DNA of 32,000 nucleotides from Erysipelotrichaceae bacterium (GCA_963676105.1 OY781039.1:1740001-1772000); one strand, 5' to 3'. Positions 6,688-16,343 are shown, counted from the first letter of the stretch. Numbers and translations: made by a program. Notes: generated by a model from the sequence alone, not told the origin.

Positions 6688-6773
6688 GAATATCTCCTTT
6701 TATACAAATATAGATATTTGTAATCCGTTCACTACACTAGAGTTTGATTATTTTGTTTTAGACGAAAATTTAT

Positions 6774-6803
6774 ATAAAAAAAGAAATCCTTTTGGGATTT
6801 CTT
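6774..6803 (-). terminator. Rho-independent terminator after the anti-sigma-like gene
   Basis: On the minus strand, AAGAAATCC-caaaa-GGATTTCTT is followed by TTTTTTT. The stem overlaps the TAA stop at 6802-6804. Confidence 0.65.
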
Positions 6804-7899
6804 AGTTGTTTTTGCCACTTTGTGGACTACCTGTGTTCTCCTTTGGCGTTTGTGCTCCGTTTTCTGGGGCTTCACCTATTGGATCACCATCACCTGCATT
6901 ATCAGGTTTTTGAGGATCCTGTGCTGCGTTATCAGAAGGTGTTCCAGGATTTGGGTTTGGAGATTGATAATTAGATAATAAATCACCATATTCATCTAAG
7001 ATTTGATCATGTAATGCATGTAAGGTATCGATATCTGCCTCAACAAGTGTTGCTTCATATGCGGATACATCAATATCTTGTAGTGCTAATTCATCAATCA
7101 TACTTTGAATTTTAATCGTTAATTGATCAGCTGATATATCACTAATGTTAATTTGATAGGTATGTGTTAATTCAGTTAATTTGTCTTCATTTGAGAAAAC
7201 CTCTTTAACACTTAGATAGGTTCCATCCTCTTGTAGAATTTCGCCATTGATGACGTATAGTCCAACGGGTACATTTTTTTCATCTGCTTCAAATTTAGTT
7301 TGCATGTCAGATTTTAATTCAACCACATAGACTGAATTAAGTGTTTCACTTGTTTGGATACGATCTTGTATTTTGAGTTCTAAGGCTTCCTCACAATCGC
7401 TAGTGCATTCTTCATTTACTACGGTTGTGACTAATACGTAATCATCAATAATATCAGTGGTATCGATAAAACCAGCTTCAGTAGCTCTGGATACAATGGC
7501 TTCAATCGCTAAATCAACATCCATGCCAATTAAATCAGATACATCGATCGTTAGCGCATCATCATTTAATGACGCAATGGATTCAACCGTATTATCATCA
7601 TATACACTGATTTCAAAACTTGGATTAATATCAATCGATACATAAGCAATAACTGTTTTTTCTTGTATTACATCTATAATGCCTTCATCACTTGGGCTAT
7701 TAAGGAATGTGAAGACTAATACTGCACTTGCGGCTACTAAGATTGTAGCTAAGCCCTTTAACCATGTCTTGTTCATAAAATTCTCCCTTTTTTGTGTTTT
7801 AAAAGGTAAACCATCTTTTTGCGCACGAAGATATATTGCTTCTAAGGTTTTATCTTCATTGAAGAATATTGAATTTTGTCGTTGTTTATTCTTTTTCAT
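6802..7899 (-). CDS. Single-pass membrane anti-sigma-factor-like protein with an extracytoplasmic domain containing one copy of the neighbour's repeat
   Basis: 365 aa. It has a ~47-aa basic cytoplasmic N-terminus, a TM helix LATILVAASAVLVFTFL and a ~300-aa external part. It lies 38 nt downstream of an ECF sigma gene. RBS is AAAGGAG. From memory, the juxtamembrane segment AYVSIDINPSFEISV..SLNDDA resembles the post-TM region of RsgI-type anti-sigma factors; this is unverified. Confidence 0.7.
   Translation of the reverse strand: MKKNKQRQNSIFFNEDKTLEAIYLRAQKDGLPFKTQKRENFMNKTWLKGLATILVAASAVLVFTFLNSPSDEGIIDVIQEKTVIAYVSIDINPSFEISVYDDNTVESIASLNDDALTIDVSDLIGMDVDLAIEAIVSRATEAGFIDTTDIIDDYVLVTTVVNEECTSDCEEALELKIQDRIQTSETLNSVYVVELKSDMQTKFEADEKNVPVGLYVINGEILQEDGTYLSVKEVFSNEDKLTELTHTYQINISDISADQLTIKIQSMIDELALQDIDVSAYEATLVEADIDTLHALHDQILDEYGDLLSNYQSPNPNPGTPSDNAAQDPQKPDNAGDGDPIGEAPENGAQTPKENTGSPQSGKNN
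6976..7131 (-). repeat. Single copy (aa 257-308) of the ~63-aa helical repeat found 5x in the downstream gene
   Basis: ADQLTIKIQSMIDELALQDIDVSAYEATLVEADIDTLHALHDQILDEYGDLL aligns with repeat 3 of the neighbour (..INAILINLTEQGIDVSAYEANLVDNTDLDSLLALLDELTTTYVDVL). Codons differ (Ser is TCC here and AGT there), so the conservation is at the protein level. Confidence 0.75.
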
Positions 7900-7937
7900 C
7901 GGATGGCTCCTTTCACACCACTAGAGGGGTTAATTCT

Positions 7938-8450
7938 TTATTTAGACGAAAACTTATCTTTTAGTTTCAATAAATTTCGTTGGGCAATACTTTTTATCGT
8001 GCTCTCTGCGATATTTAATTTTTCTGATAATTCTCTAAAACTGATATCAAATCTGTAACGCGCAACCATGATTGTTTTATCCGGTTCACCTAAGTCATTG
8101 ATTTCTTCAAATATTTGATCTACAGTCGTTAAGTCTAACACTTCGTTTTCTAAATCACTTTGATCTTTAATGTTGTTAAAGATATATTCATCATTATATT
8201 TTAAAGTATCTTCTTTGTTATGTTGTTTATAGTAATTAGATATATGATGATTCGCAATGGTTTTAAGATATGCGCTGGGATATTCAATTTCTTTATCACT
8301 TTTTAACCAATGTTTATAGAAGTCATAAAAAACATCTTGAACAATATCTTGGGCATCGTTTACATTTTGTGTCTTTATTAAAACATGCTTCGATATGATC
8401 TCGTAGTTGGCATGATAGATATTTTCGAAATCTTCTATGTTTCTCTTCAC
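7938..8450 (-). CDS. ECF-type (group 4) sigma-70 family RNA polymerase sigma factor
   Basis: 170 aa. It has a region-2-like DAQDIVQDVFYDFYKHW and a region-4 HTH ISFRELSEKLNIAESTIKSIAQRNLLKL. The start is GTG with no Shine-Dalgarno. Confidence 0.85.
   Translation of the reverse strand: MKRNIEDFENIYHANYEIISKHVLIKTQNVNDAQDIVQDVFYDFYKHWLKSDKEIEYPSAYLKTIANHHISNYYKQHNKEDTLKYNDEYIFNNIKDQSDLENEVLDLTTVDQIFEEINDLGEPDKTIMVARYRFDISFRELSEKLNIAESTIKSIAQRNLLKLKDKFSSK
7945..7969 (-). promoter_or_regulatory. Candidate ECF-type promoter for the anti-sigma-like gene
   Basis: On the minus strand, TGAAAC (7969-7964) is followed by 15 nt and then CGTC (7948-7945), about 45 nt upstream of the ATG at 7899. This resembles the AAC/CGT pattern of ECF promoters. 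It lies within the 3' end of the sigma gene. Confidence 0.3.
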
Positions 8451-8456
8451 ATTTGC

Positions 8457-8465
8457 ATTGTAACA
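8457..8465 (-). promoter_or_regulatory. Extended -10 (TGtTACAAT) 6 nt upstream of the sigma-factor GTG start
   Basis: The minus strand reads cc-TGtTACAAT-gcaaat-GTG. A second extended -10, TGaTATAAT, lies at 8489-8497. No SD is present, which suggests a leaderless or very short-leader mRNA. Confidence 0.3.
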
Positions 8466-8769
8466 GGTAAATATGACGAAAATATAGCATTATATCAAAA
8501 AGATATGCCTCGATATAAAAGAAGTATAGTGAAACAAAATGCATAATTTTGAGTTCGATATCTTTAAGATATCCTTATAAATTTCGGATTTCTATGAAAA
8601 TCAACAAATATAATTAATTATTTCTAAATAAAAATCTAAATCTTATTTAATTTCTGAATTTTATTTTAGATTTTCCCAAAAAATCATTTATTAAAAAATA
8701 TCTTATTTTCACATTGTTTCATTTTGATGAAAATATTTCAGAGTGTGCTTAAAAATGACTGATTTTTTA

Positions 8770-8804
8770 TGTACAAGTGTATTCAATATTGATACACTGT
8801 TACA
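8770..8804. promoter_or_regulatory. Imperfect palindrome upstream of gltB, a candidate operator
   Basis: TGTACAAGTGTA-ttcaatattga-TACACTGTTACA. Inner arms are GTGTAT (8777-8782) and ATACAC (8792-8797), and there is a 10-bp perfect palindrome TCAATATTGA (8783-8792). It overlaps a possible -35 TTGATA (8789-8794) paired with a weak -10 AATAAT (8813-8818). Confidence 0.3.
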
Positions 8805-8888
8805 AATATCGGAATAATTAATCACAACTTTATTAAGCTAAAGTGTGTCTGGTATTTAATTCAATTAAGATGAAAAGGAGATTTATCA

Positions 8889-11800
8889 ATGAGTCAATCT
8901 TATGGTGCACCTGCTAAACAGGGCATGTATGATCCAAATTTAGAAAAAGACAATTGTGGTGTTGGTTTCATTGCCCAAATGAAGGGTAAGAAGTCCCATG
9001 ATATTGTTGCGCAAGGTATCCAAATTCTAGCTAATCTACACCATCGTGGTGCAGTCGGTGCTGATCCTTTAACAGGGGATGGCGCAGGTATTTTACTTCA
9101 AGTACCACACAAATTCTTAGGGAAAGTTGCGAAAGAAAATGGTTTTGAATTACCAAAAGCTGGTGAATATGGTGTAGGTATGATGTATCTACCTCAAGAA
9201 CCGAATGCACGTAATTTCTGTGAGGGTGTTGTTGAAAAGGTCGTTGAAGCTGAAGGTTTTAAAGTCTTAGGATGGCGTGAAGTACCTTTAAACATTAATG
9301 CATGTGGTCCAACCGCAAGTGGTACACGGCCAATTGTTAACCAAGTTTTCATTGAAATGGGTGATATGGATACTGCCGCATTTGAAAGAAAACTATACAT
9401 TATTCGTAAACAAATTGAATTAAGTATTAGTGAAGCACAACATGCTTATACTGAAAGTTTTTACGTATGTAGTTTATCCTCTAAAACAATCGTTTATAAA
9501 GGACAATTATTAGCATTTCAAATTCCTGAATTCTTCCCGGATTTAGTGGATACAGATATGGAAAGTGCGATTGCGCTTGTTCATCAACGTTTCTCAACAA
9601 ATACATTCCCATCTTGGGATCGTGCTCAACCATTTAGATATTTAGCACATAATGGTGAAATCAATACCTTACGTGGAAATGTTAACTGGATGAATGCCCG
9701 TGAAGGTGTTATTGAATCAGAAGTTTTTGGTGATGAACTTAAAAAAGTTTATCCAGTTATTGAGACAAATGGTTCTGACTCCGCTAACTTAGATAATGTT
9801 TTAGAACTATTACTCGCATCTGGTAAATCACTAGCACATGCGATTAGTATGCTCATTCCAGAAGCTTGGCAAGAACATGAAAATATGTCAGAAGATAAAA
9901 AAGGTTTCTATGAATACCATGCTGGTTTAATGGAACCTTGGGATGGTCCAGCCGCTGTTGCCTTTAGTGATGGTGTACAAGTTGGGGCAACCTTAGACAG
10001 AAACGGGTTACGTCCAGCACGTTACGCTGTGACTGAAGATGATGTCGTGGTCATGGCATCAGAAACAGGTGTTATTCCTTTCCCAACGGATTCAATTGTT
10101 AAAAAAGGAAGACTTCAACCAGGCAAAATGTTCTTAATTGATACTGAAGAAGGACGTATTATTTCTGATGAAGAAATTAAAGAACAATTATCAACTGCTA
10201 AACCATATAAAGAATGGGTTGAACGTAATAAACTCACTTTAGATGATTTAGCTGGTCATCATGATCATGTTCGATTAGATGACACGATGCTTCAAAACTT
10301 CCAAAATATCTTTGGATACTCTGAAGAAGAATTAAAGAAAATATTAACACCAATGGCTGTTGATGGTTCAGAAGCAATCGGTTCTATGGGGAATGATGCA
10401 GCATTAGCGGTTTTATCTGAAAAACCACAGATGCTTTATAACTACTTTAAACAACTGTTTGCACAAGTTACCAATCCTCCAATCGATCCAATTCGTGAAA
10501 AACTTGTTATGAGTAATATTCAATTATTGGGTGATCGTGGAAGTTTCTTAGGTGAAATGGATGCAGATACAGATATTAAATTCATTGAACTTAAACAACC
10601 AATCTTAACCAATGCTGAACTAGAGAAATTAGCTGCAGTTCGTTTAAAAGATTTCAGATCGATAAAATTTCCAACCATCTTCAATTTAAATGAAGGTGGC
10701 AAAGGTTTAGAAAATGCTTTAACTCGTTTAAATAAACAAGTTGAAGATGCGGTTAATGAAGGTTACAACATGATTATTCTTAGTGATAGAGCGGTTGAGA
10801 AAAACTCAGCAGCTATCCCTATGTTGTTGGCAGCTTCAGCAGTTCATCATCATTTAATTGATCAAAAACTACGTACTAAAGTGGATATTATCGTTGAAAC
10901 AGCGGATGCGAGAGATGTTATGCATATGGCATTACTTGTAGGTTATGGTGTTGATGCGATTAACCCATACTTAGCGTTTGATTCGATTGAAAAACTTGTT
11001 GAAGATAATCTTTATATCTACAACGATGAAATGACTGTTAAACAAGCTCATAAAAACTATATTAAAGCGATTGATAAAGGCTTACTCAAAATCTTCTCTA
11101 AGATGGGTATTGGAACTTTACAATCCTACCATGGTGCTCAAATCTTTGAAGCAGTTGGTTTAAACTCAGAAATCATTTCGAAATACTTTGAAGGTACTGT
11201 TTCACGTATTGAAGGAATTGGACTTGATGTCATTGCTGAAGAAGTTGCGATTAGACATAAAGCAGCTTATGCGATTAATAATCCATACATTGGTTTATTT
11301 GAAGGTGGTTCTCACCAATACCGTAAAGGTGGAGAAAATCATTTATTCAGTCCAGAAACCATTCATTTACTACAACACTCATGTCGTACAAATGACTATA
11401 AACTCTTTAAAGATTATTCCAAGATTATTAATGATCAAGCATCTCATTTAAATACGATTCGTGGTTTACTCCGCTTTAAGAGTCGTCCAAGTATATCAAT
11501 TGATGAAGTTGAACCAATTGAAAAGATTCTGCCTCGTTTTGCGACTGGCGCGATGAGTTTCGGATCTTTATCTAAAGAAGCTCATGAAAACTTAGCGAAA
11601 GCAATGAACATGATTGGTGGTAAATCCAATTCAGGTGAAGGCGGTGAATCAGTTGAACGTTACTATAACGATGCGACTCGCTCATCCATCAAACAAGTGG
11701 CATCTGGTCGTTTTGGAGTCACCACAGAATACTTAGTTAACTGTACAGAACTTCAAATTAAAATGGCGCAAGGTGCTAAAGCCGGTGAGGGTGGTCACTT

Positions 11801-13409
11801 ACCAGGACACAAAGTGTCTGAGGCGATTGCGAAAGTTAGACACTCAACACCAGGTATTTCATTAATTTCACCTCCTCCTCATCACGATATTTATTCAATT
11901 GAGGATTTAGCGCAACTCATTTATGACCTTAAGAACGTCAACGACAAAGCTCGTATCAATGTTAAGTTGGTTTCTGAAGCAGGTGTTGGGACGGTTGCGG
12001 CAGGTGTTTCTAAAGCACACGCAGATGTCGTTTTAATCGCAGGGCATGATGGTGGTACAGGGGCATCTCCTGTAAGTTCCATTAAATATGCAGGTCTACC
12101 TTGGGAGTTAGGATTAGCTGAAACTCAACAAACACTATTATTAAATGATTTACGTAGCCGTATTGTTGTCCAAACAGATGGTCAACTTAAAACAGGTCGT
12201 GATGTCGCGATCGCATGTCTACTAGGAGCTGAAGAATTTGGTTTTGCGACTGCACCGCTTGTGGTATCAGGTTGTATCATGATGCGTAAGTGTCAAAAGA
12301 ATACCTGTCCAGTTGGTGTTGCGACGCAAGATCCAGAACTTCGTAAACACTTTAAAGGTAAACCAGAACATGTTGTTAACTTCTTTACCTTTATCGCAAG
12401 TGAGCTTAGAGAATATATGGCTCAACTAGGTTTCAGAACGATTGATGAAATGATTGGTCGTGTGGATTGCTTAGAACCAAACACAGATATCATGAACTGG
12501 AAAACTCAAGGCATTAACTTTGATTCCATTCTTTATAAACCAGAATTACCTTCACGTATTCAAACGAAGAATACGATGAAACAAGATCACAACTTAGATG
12601 AAATCTTTGATAGAACACTCATTAAAGATGCGAAAGATGCGATTGAAAACGGGAAGAAAGTTTCTAAGAACTATGATATTAGAAATATTCATAGAACTGT
12701 TGGGACCATGTTAGCAGGTGAAATCACACGTGTTAATAAATCTGAAACATTAGCTGAAGATAGTATCCACTACAAATTTACAGGTAGTGCTGGACAATCT
12801 TTCTCAGCCTTTGGCGTTAAAGGTATGACTTTCGAACTTGAAGGTGATGCGAATGACTACATGGGTAAAGGTTTATCTGGTGGTAAGATTATTGTTTATC
12901 CACCAAAGGATGCGACGTATAAAGCTGAAGAAAACATTATTGTTGGTAATACATTACTTTATGGGGCAACCTCTGGGGATGTTTATATCAACGGTATTGC
13001 AGGTGAGCGTTTCGCTGTTCGTAACTCAGGTGTTAATGCGGTTGTTGAAGGAACAGGGGACCACGGTTGTGAATATATGACTGGTGGAACAGCTGTTGTC
13101 TTAGGACGAACTGGACGTAACTTCGGTGCTGGTATGAGTGGTGGTCAAGCCTTTGTCTTTGATGAGGCTGGTGACTTTGTTGAAAAACACTTAAATACTC
13201 AAATCGTTATGCATCTTCCGTTAGAGGATAAAGCGGATATTGAACTTGTTAAGTCAATGATTGAAAAACATGTTGAATATACAAACAGTCCTAAAGCGAC
13301 TGAAATTCTGAAGAACTTTGATAAGAACATTTCTAAATTTGTTCGTGTCATCGCACCAGAATACAAAGAAATTTTAGATAAAAGAGCAGCTGAAGCTGCA
13401 GGGAAATAG
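8889..13409 (+). CDS. gltB: Glutamate synthase large subunit
   Basis: 1506 aa. After a 22-aa propeptide comes the Ntn-amidotransferase Cys (..EKDN-CGVGF). It has an FMN/Fe-S central domain (..[10 protein letters not shown].., [15 protein letters not shown]) and a C-terminal GXGXG beta-helix domain. RBS is AAAAGGAGA. Confidence 0.97.
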   Translation: MSQSYGAPAKQGMYDPNLEKDNCGVGFIAQMKGKKSHDIVAQGIQILANLHHRGAVGADPLTGDGAGILLQVPHKFLGKVAKENGFELPKAGEYGVGMMYLPQEPNARNFCEGVVEKVVEAEGFKVLGWREVPLNINACGPTASGTRPIVNQVFIEMGDMDTAAFERKLYIIRKQIELSISEAQHAYTESFYVCSLSSKTIVYKGQLLAFQIPEFFPDLVDTDMESAIALVHQRFSTNTFPSWDRAQPFRYLAHNGEINTLRGNVNWMNAREGVIESEVFGDELKKVYPVIETNGSDSANLDNVLELLLASGKSLAHAISMLIPEAWQEHENMSEDKKGFYEYHAGLMEPWDGPAAVAFSDGVQVGATLDRNGLRPARYAVTEDDVVVMASETGVIPFPTDSIVKKGRLQPGKMFLIDTEEGRIISDEEIKEQLSTAKPYKEWVERNKLTLDDLAGHHDHVRLDDTMLQNFQNIFGYSEEELKKILTPMAVDGSEAIGSMGNDAALAVLSEKPQMLYNYFKQLFAQVTNPPIDPIREKLVMSNIQLLGDRGSFLGEMDADTDIKFIELKQPILTNAELEKLAAVRLKDFRSIKFPTIFNLNEGGKGLENALTRLNKQVEDAVNEGYNMIILSDRAVEKNSAAIPMLLAASAVHHHLIDQKLRTKVDIIVETADARDVMHMALLVGYGVDAINPYLAFDSIEKLVEDNLYIYNDEMTVKQAHKNYIKAIDKGLLKIFSKMGIGTLQSYHGAQIFEAVGLNSEIISKYFEGTVSRIEGIGLDVIAEEVAIRHKAAYAINNPYIGLFEGGSHQYRKGGENHLFSPETIHLLQHSCRTNDYKLFKDYSKIINDQASHLNTIRGLLRFKSRPSISIDEVEPIEKILPRFATGAMSFGSLSKEAHENLAKAMNMIGGKSNSGEGGESVERYYNDATRSSIKQVASGRFGVTTEYLVNCTELQIKMAQGAKAGEGGHLPGHKVSEAIAKVRHSTPGISLISPPPHHDIYSIEDLAQLIYDLKNVNDKARINVKLVSEAGVGTVAAGVSKAHADVVLIAGHDGGTGASPVSSIKYAGLPWELGLAETQQTLLLNDLRSRIVVQTDGQLKTGRDVAIACLLGAEEFGFATAPLVVSGCIMMRKCQKNTCPVGVATQDPELRKHFKGKPEHVVNFFTFIASELREYMAQLGFRTIDEMIGRVDCLEPNTDIMNWKTQGINFDSILYKPELPSRIQTKNTMKQDHNLDEIFDRTLIKDAKDAIENGKKVSKNYDIRNIHRTVGTMLAGEITRVNKSETLAEDSIHYKFTGSAGQSFSAFGVKGMTFELEGDANDYMGKGLSGGKIIVYPPKDATYKAEENIIVGNTLLYGATSGDVYINGIAGERFAVRNSGVNAVVEGTGDHGCEYMTGGTAVVLGRTGRNFGAGMSGGQAFVFDEAGDFVEKHLNTQIVMHLPLEDKADIELVKSMIEKHVEYTNSPKATEILKNFDKNISKFVRVIAPEYKEILDKRAAEAAGK

Positions 13410-13418
13410 GAGGACATC

Positions 13419-14888
13419 ATGGGTAAAGTTACAGGATTTAAAGAAATAGCTCGTAAAAATGGTGATTATTACGATCCTAAAAAACGTGTCCTTGATTGGA
13501 ACGATATCTATATCCCTCAAGATGAAGCTGGTATAAAAGAACAAGCAGCTCGTTGTATGGATTGTGGTGTGCCATTTTGTCATTCTAACTGTCCTTTAGG
13601 AAATATTATTCCTGATTTTAATGATTTGGTTTATAACGACCAATGGAAAAAAGCATTAGAAGTTTTACAAACAACAAATAACTTCCCTGAGTTTACTGGT
13701 AAGATTTGCCCAGCACTTTGTGAGGGTGGTTGTGTGCTTGGGTTAATTGCTGATCCAGTTGCGATTGAAGATATTGAACTTGCGATTGCGGAAAAAGGTT
13801 GGAAAGAAGGTTGGATTCAACCACAACCTCCACGTATTAAAACAGGTAAGAAAGTAGCGATTGTTGGATCTGGTCCTGCTGGTATGGCAGCGGCTCAACA
13901 ATTAGCACGTGCTGGACATGACGTTACTTTATTTGAAAGAAACGCTAATGTTGGTGGTGCAATGCGTTATGGCATTCCTGTTTATAAACTACCTAAATCA
14001 ATGATTGATCGTCGTGTTGATCAAATGAAAGCAGAAGGCGTTACGGTTAAATGTAATACCAATGTAGGTGTTGATATCACTAAAGATGAACTAATGGCAC
14101 AATTTGATGCGATTGGTTTAACTGGTGGATCAACTGAACCACGTGATTTAACTATCTCTGGTCGTGAACTTAATGGTTTACACTTTGCGACGGATTTCTT
14201 AAAAGAAGCCAATAGTGTAAATACAGGTGAGAAAGATACAGATTATGCGATTACTGCAAAAGGTAAAAGAGTAGTTGTCATCGGTGGTGGTGATACAGGT
14301 TCTGACTGTATTGGGACTAGTCTAAGACAAGGAGCTATTGAAGTTACTCAACTTGAGTTATTACCAATGCCTCCAAAAGAAAGAGATAACTCTCAACCTT
14401 GGCCTGTCTTCCCAAGACTTTATAAAACATCATCTTCACATAAAGAAGCGATGGCTGTTTTAGATCATGATATCCGTATGTTCTCAATTGGAACAAAAGA
14501 GTTTATCAATGATGGAAAAGGTAACCTTAAAGGTCTTAAATGCGTTAAGTTAGATTGGATTACACCAGAAGGTGGTGGCCGTCCACAAATGAAAGAGATT
14601 GAAGGATCTGAATTCATTATTGATGCCGAACTTTGTATGTTTGCGATGGGATTCTTACACCCAGAACACACAGGATTACTTGATGACTTAGGTGTTGAGT
14701 ATGATCCACGTGGTAATGTCGCAACTGATAAGTCTTATAAAACTAAAGTTGAGAAAGTATTTGCAGGTGGTGATATGAGAAGAGGTCAATCTCTTGTTGT
14801 TCATGCGATTGCAGATGGACGTAAGTTAGCTAAAGACATGGATGAGTTCTTAATGGGTGAATCCTATCTTAGAAGTTCATTAGGTTAA
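13419..14888 (+). CDS. gltD: Glutamate synthase small (NADPH) subunit
   Basis: 489 aa with N-terminal Fe-S cysteines (CMDCGVPFC, CPLGN, CPALCEGGC) and two Rossmann motifs (VAIVGSGPAGMAAA, VVVIGGGDTGSDC). It starts 9 nt after the gltB stop, with RBS GGAGGA. Confidence 0.95.
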   Translation: MGKVTGFKEIARKNGDYYDPKKRVLDWNDIYIPQDEAGIKEQAARCMDCGVPFCHSNCPLGNIIPDFNDLVYNDQWKKALEVLQTTNNFPEFTGKICPALCEGGCVLGLIADPVAIEDIELAIAEKGWKEGWIQPQPPRIKTGKKVAIVGSGPAGMAAAQQLARAGHDVTLFERNANVGGAMRYGIPVYKLPKSMIDRRVDQMKAEGVTVKCNTNVGVDITKDELMAQFDAIGLTGGSTEPRDLTISGRELNGLHFATDFLKEANSVNTGEKDTDYAITAKGKRVVVIGGGDTGSDCIGTSLRQGAIEVTQLELLPMPPKERDNSQPWPVFPRLYKTSSSHKEAMAVLDHDIRMFSIGTKEFINDGKGNLKGLKCVKLDWITPEGGGRPQMKEIEGSEFIIDAELCMFAMGFLHPEHTGLLDDLGVEYDPRGNVATDKSYKTKVEKVFAGGDMRRGQSLVVHAIADGRKLAKDMDEFLMGESYLRSSLG

Positions 14889-14898
14889 TATGAAACAA

Positions 14899-14934
14899 AA
14901 AGAACTGATTACTGTGGTAGTCAGTTCTTTTTTA
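14899..14934 (+). terminator. Rho-independent terminator after gltD
   Basis: AGAACTGA(14901-14908)...TCAGTTCT(14921-14928) is followed by TTTTT. Confidence 0.8.
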
Positions 14935-15006
14935 GTATGAATTATTTCATAGCTTATTGTTTTATGAGTTAAAATGAAAAAAGAGTAGCTAAAGGGGATA
15001 ATAATT

Positions 15007-15684
15007 ATGAATTTCACATTTTTGTACATCATAGGGGTTGTGTTGATATTATTTGTATTTTACGAATCCTATGGATTTTATCGAAGAGCTTATAAAAGAG
15101 GATTAGAAATTGGTATGAGTGAATCACAACTTAAAGAAACAACAAGAATGTCAGTTATCTTCTCGATTGTGCCTTCTATTCCTATTCTTATTGGATTAGT
15201 CACCATGATTCCACTTTTTGGTGATGTGGTCATTCCTTGGATTCGTCTGTCTGTTGTAGGTTCAGTTTCTTATGAAACCTATGCAGCGCTCGCAATAAAG
15301 AATGCAGCGAATATTTTGAGTTTAACAGATGATTTAAAAGTCTATTCCACAGCGATATGGACAATGACCATTTCCATTATGTCAGGTGCAATAATACTTT
15401 TATTCTTTTATCGATCATATCAAAGTAAATTAGCAGCCATTCGTGAAAAGAATGTTGCGTGGTCTAACATTCTAATATCAGCCTTATTCATGGGACTTGT
15501 AGGTACCATTGGTGCTCAGCAAATAACCATGGGTGGCTATAATGTTTTAGCTTTATTTATATCAATGGGTATCATGGGAATTTTAGGTGGTTTTTCGCTT
15601 AAATATAAATGGCTTGAAGAGTTTGCATTACCCATTTCAATTTTAGGTACATTGGTCGCAATGTACTTTGTGTTAGGGATGTGA
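15007..15684 (+). CDS. Polytopic membrane protein, unknown function (first of a coupled pair)
   Basis: 225 aa with about 6 hydrophobic segments. RBS is AAAGGGGA. Its stop overlaps the start of the next ORF. Confidence 0.65.
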   Translation: MNFTFLYIIGVVLILFVFYESYGFYRRAYKRGLEIGMSESQLKETTRMSVIFSIVPSIPILIGLVTMIPLFGDVVIPWIRLSVVGSVSYETYAALAIKNAANILSLTDDLKVYSTAIWTMTISIMSGAIILLFFYRSYQSKLAAIREKNVAWSNILISALFMGLVGTIGAQQITMGGYNVLALFISMGIMGILGGFSLKYKWLEEFALPISILGTLVAMYFVLGM

Positions 15685-16343
15685 TTATGAAAGATAATTA
15701 TATTGAACAAGTTCATAAACATGGATTTAGATTTGTGCTTATTGCAAGTTTATTAATGTTACTAGTACCACTTAGTTTTAGTGTTATTCATAATGCGTGG
15801 CCGACCCTTGATTTAGTGGTTGTTGGGATGATGTCTGTAGGTGTTATCTATATTCCAATAGGAATAATAGAAACATTTACTTATGCGCCAATGATGGGTG
15901 TTGGTGCAACATATCTAGCTAATATTACAGGGAATGTTTCTAATATGAAATTGCCTGTTGCATTATCTGCAATGAGACAAGCAAAAGTTGAAGCAGGAAG
16001 TGATGAAGGTGAAGTTATCGCGACCTTAGCGGTTGCCTCTAGTTCGATGGTGACCATGCTTATTATAGCGGTCGGTGTCATTATTCTTCTACCGTACTTA
16101 GATAGTATTAAAGAGTTCTTGGGACCTGTAACGGATTATTTAGTACCAGCAATTTTCGGAGCTTTAGGTTTTGTTTTTATCTTTAGAAACTGGAAGTTAA
16201 CGGTTGTTCCTTTAGTTAGTATGCTAATCTTATTTGCCTTTGTAATAAAAGATCCAAGTGTGCAACCAGCGTTAGTTCCTGTCGCATCAGTTCTTTCATT
16301 ATTGGCAGCACGTTTTATGTTTAAGAAAGGTTGGGTTAAATAA
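15681..16343 (+). CDS. Polytopic membrane protein, unknown function (second of a coupled pair)
   Basis: 220 aa and hydrophobic throughout. The start is GTG at 15681 (overlapping the upstream stop) or ATG at 15687. Its stop TAA shares one nucleotide with the ATG of the peptidase gene (TAATG). Confidence 0.65.
   Translation: MIMKDNYIEQVHKHGFRFVLIASLLMLLVPLSFSVIHNAWPTLDLVVVGMMSVGVIYIPIGIIETFTYAPMMGVGATYLANITGNVSNMKLPVALSAMRQAKVEAGSDEGEVIATLAVASSSMVTMLIIAVGVIILLPYLDSIKEFLGPVTDYLVPAIFGALGFVFIFRNWKLTVVPLVSMLILFAFVIKDPSVQPALVPVASVLSLLAARFMFKKGWVK

Noticed and set aside
6802-7899. Classification of the anti-sigma-like protein as a zinc-binding (ZAS) anti-sigma factor.
   Set aside because: The 47-aa cytoplasmic segment has no HxxxCxxC motif and no Cys at all. 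Only gene order, topology and a remembered RsgI-like juxtamembrane segment support an anti-sigma role.
8648-8662. A CodY-box-like sequence TAATTTCTGAATTTT upstream of gltB.
   Set aside because: It matches only 11 of 15 positions of AATTTTCWGAAAATT, in DNA of roughly 80% A+T, so it is indistinguishable from chance.
8631-8674. A 10-bp inverted repeat AAAATCTAAA / TTTAGATTTT separated by 24 nt.
   Set aside because: The arms are almost pure A/T, inside an AT-rich spacer, with no adjacent T-tract or gene end. Chance occurrence is likely.
8706-8713. Extra copies of the TTTTCACA word at 8706-8713 and 31971-31978.
   Set aside because: About 2-3 copies are expected by chance in 32 kb given the base composition. 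Only the tight cluster at 29092-29191 is statistically meaningful.
8770-8804. A test of the gltB-upstream palindrome as a TnrA/GlnR site (TGTNAN7TNACA).
   Set aside because: The spacing does not fit: the arms are TGTAT..ATACA with a 9-nt spacer, and no 17-bp register satisfies the consensus. I report it only as an unassigned palindrome.
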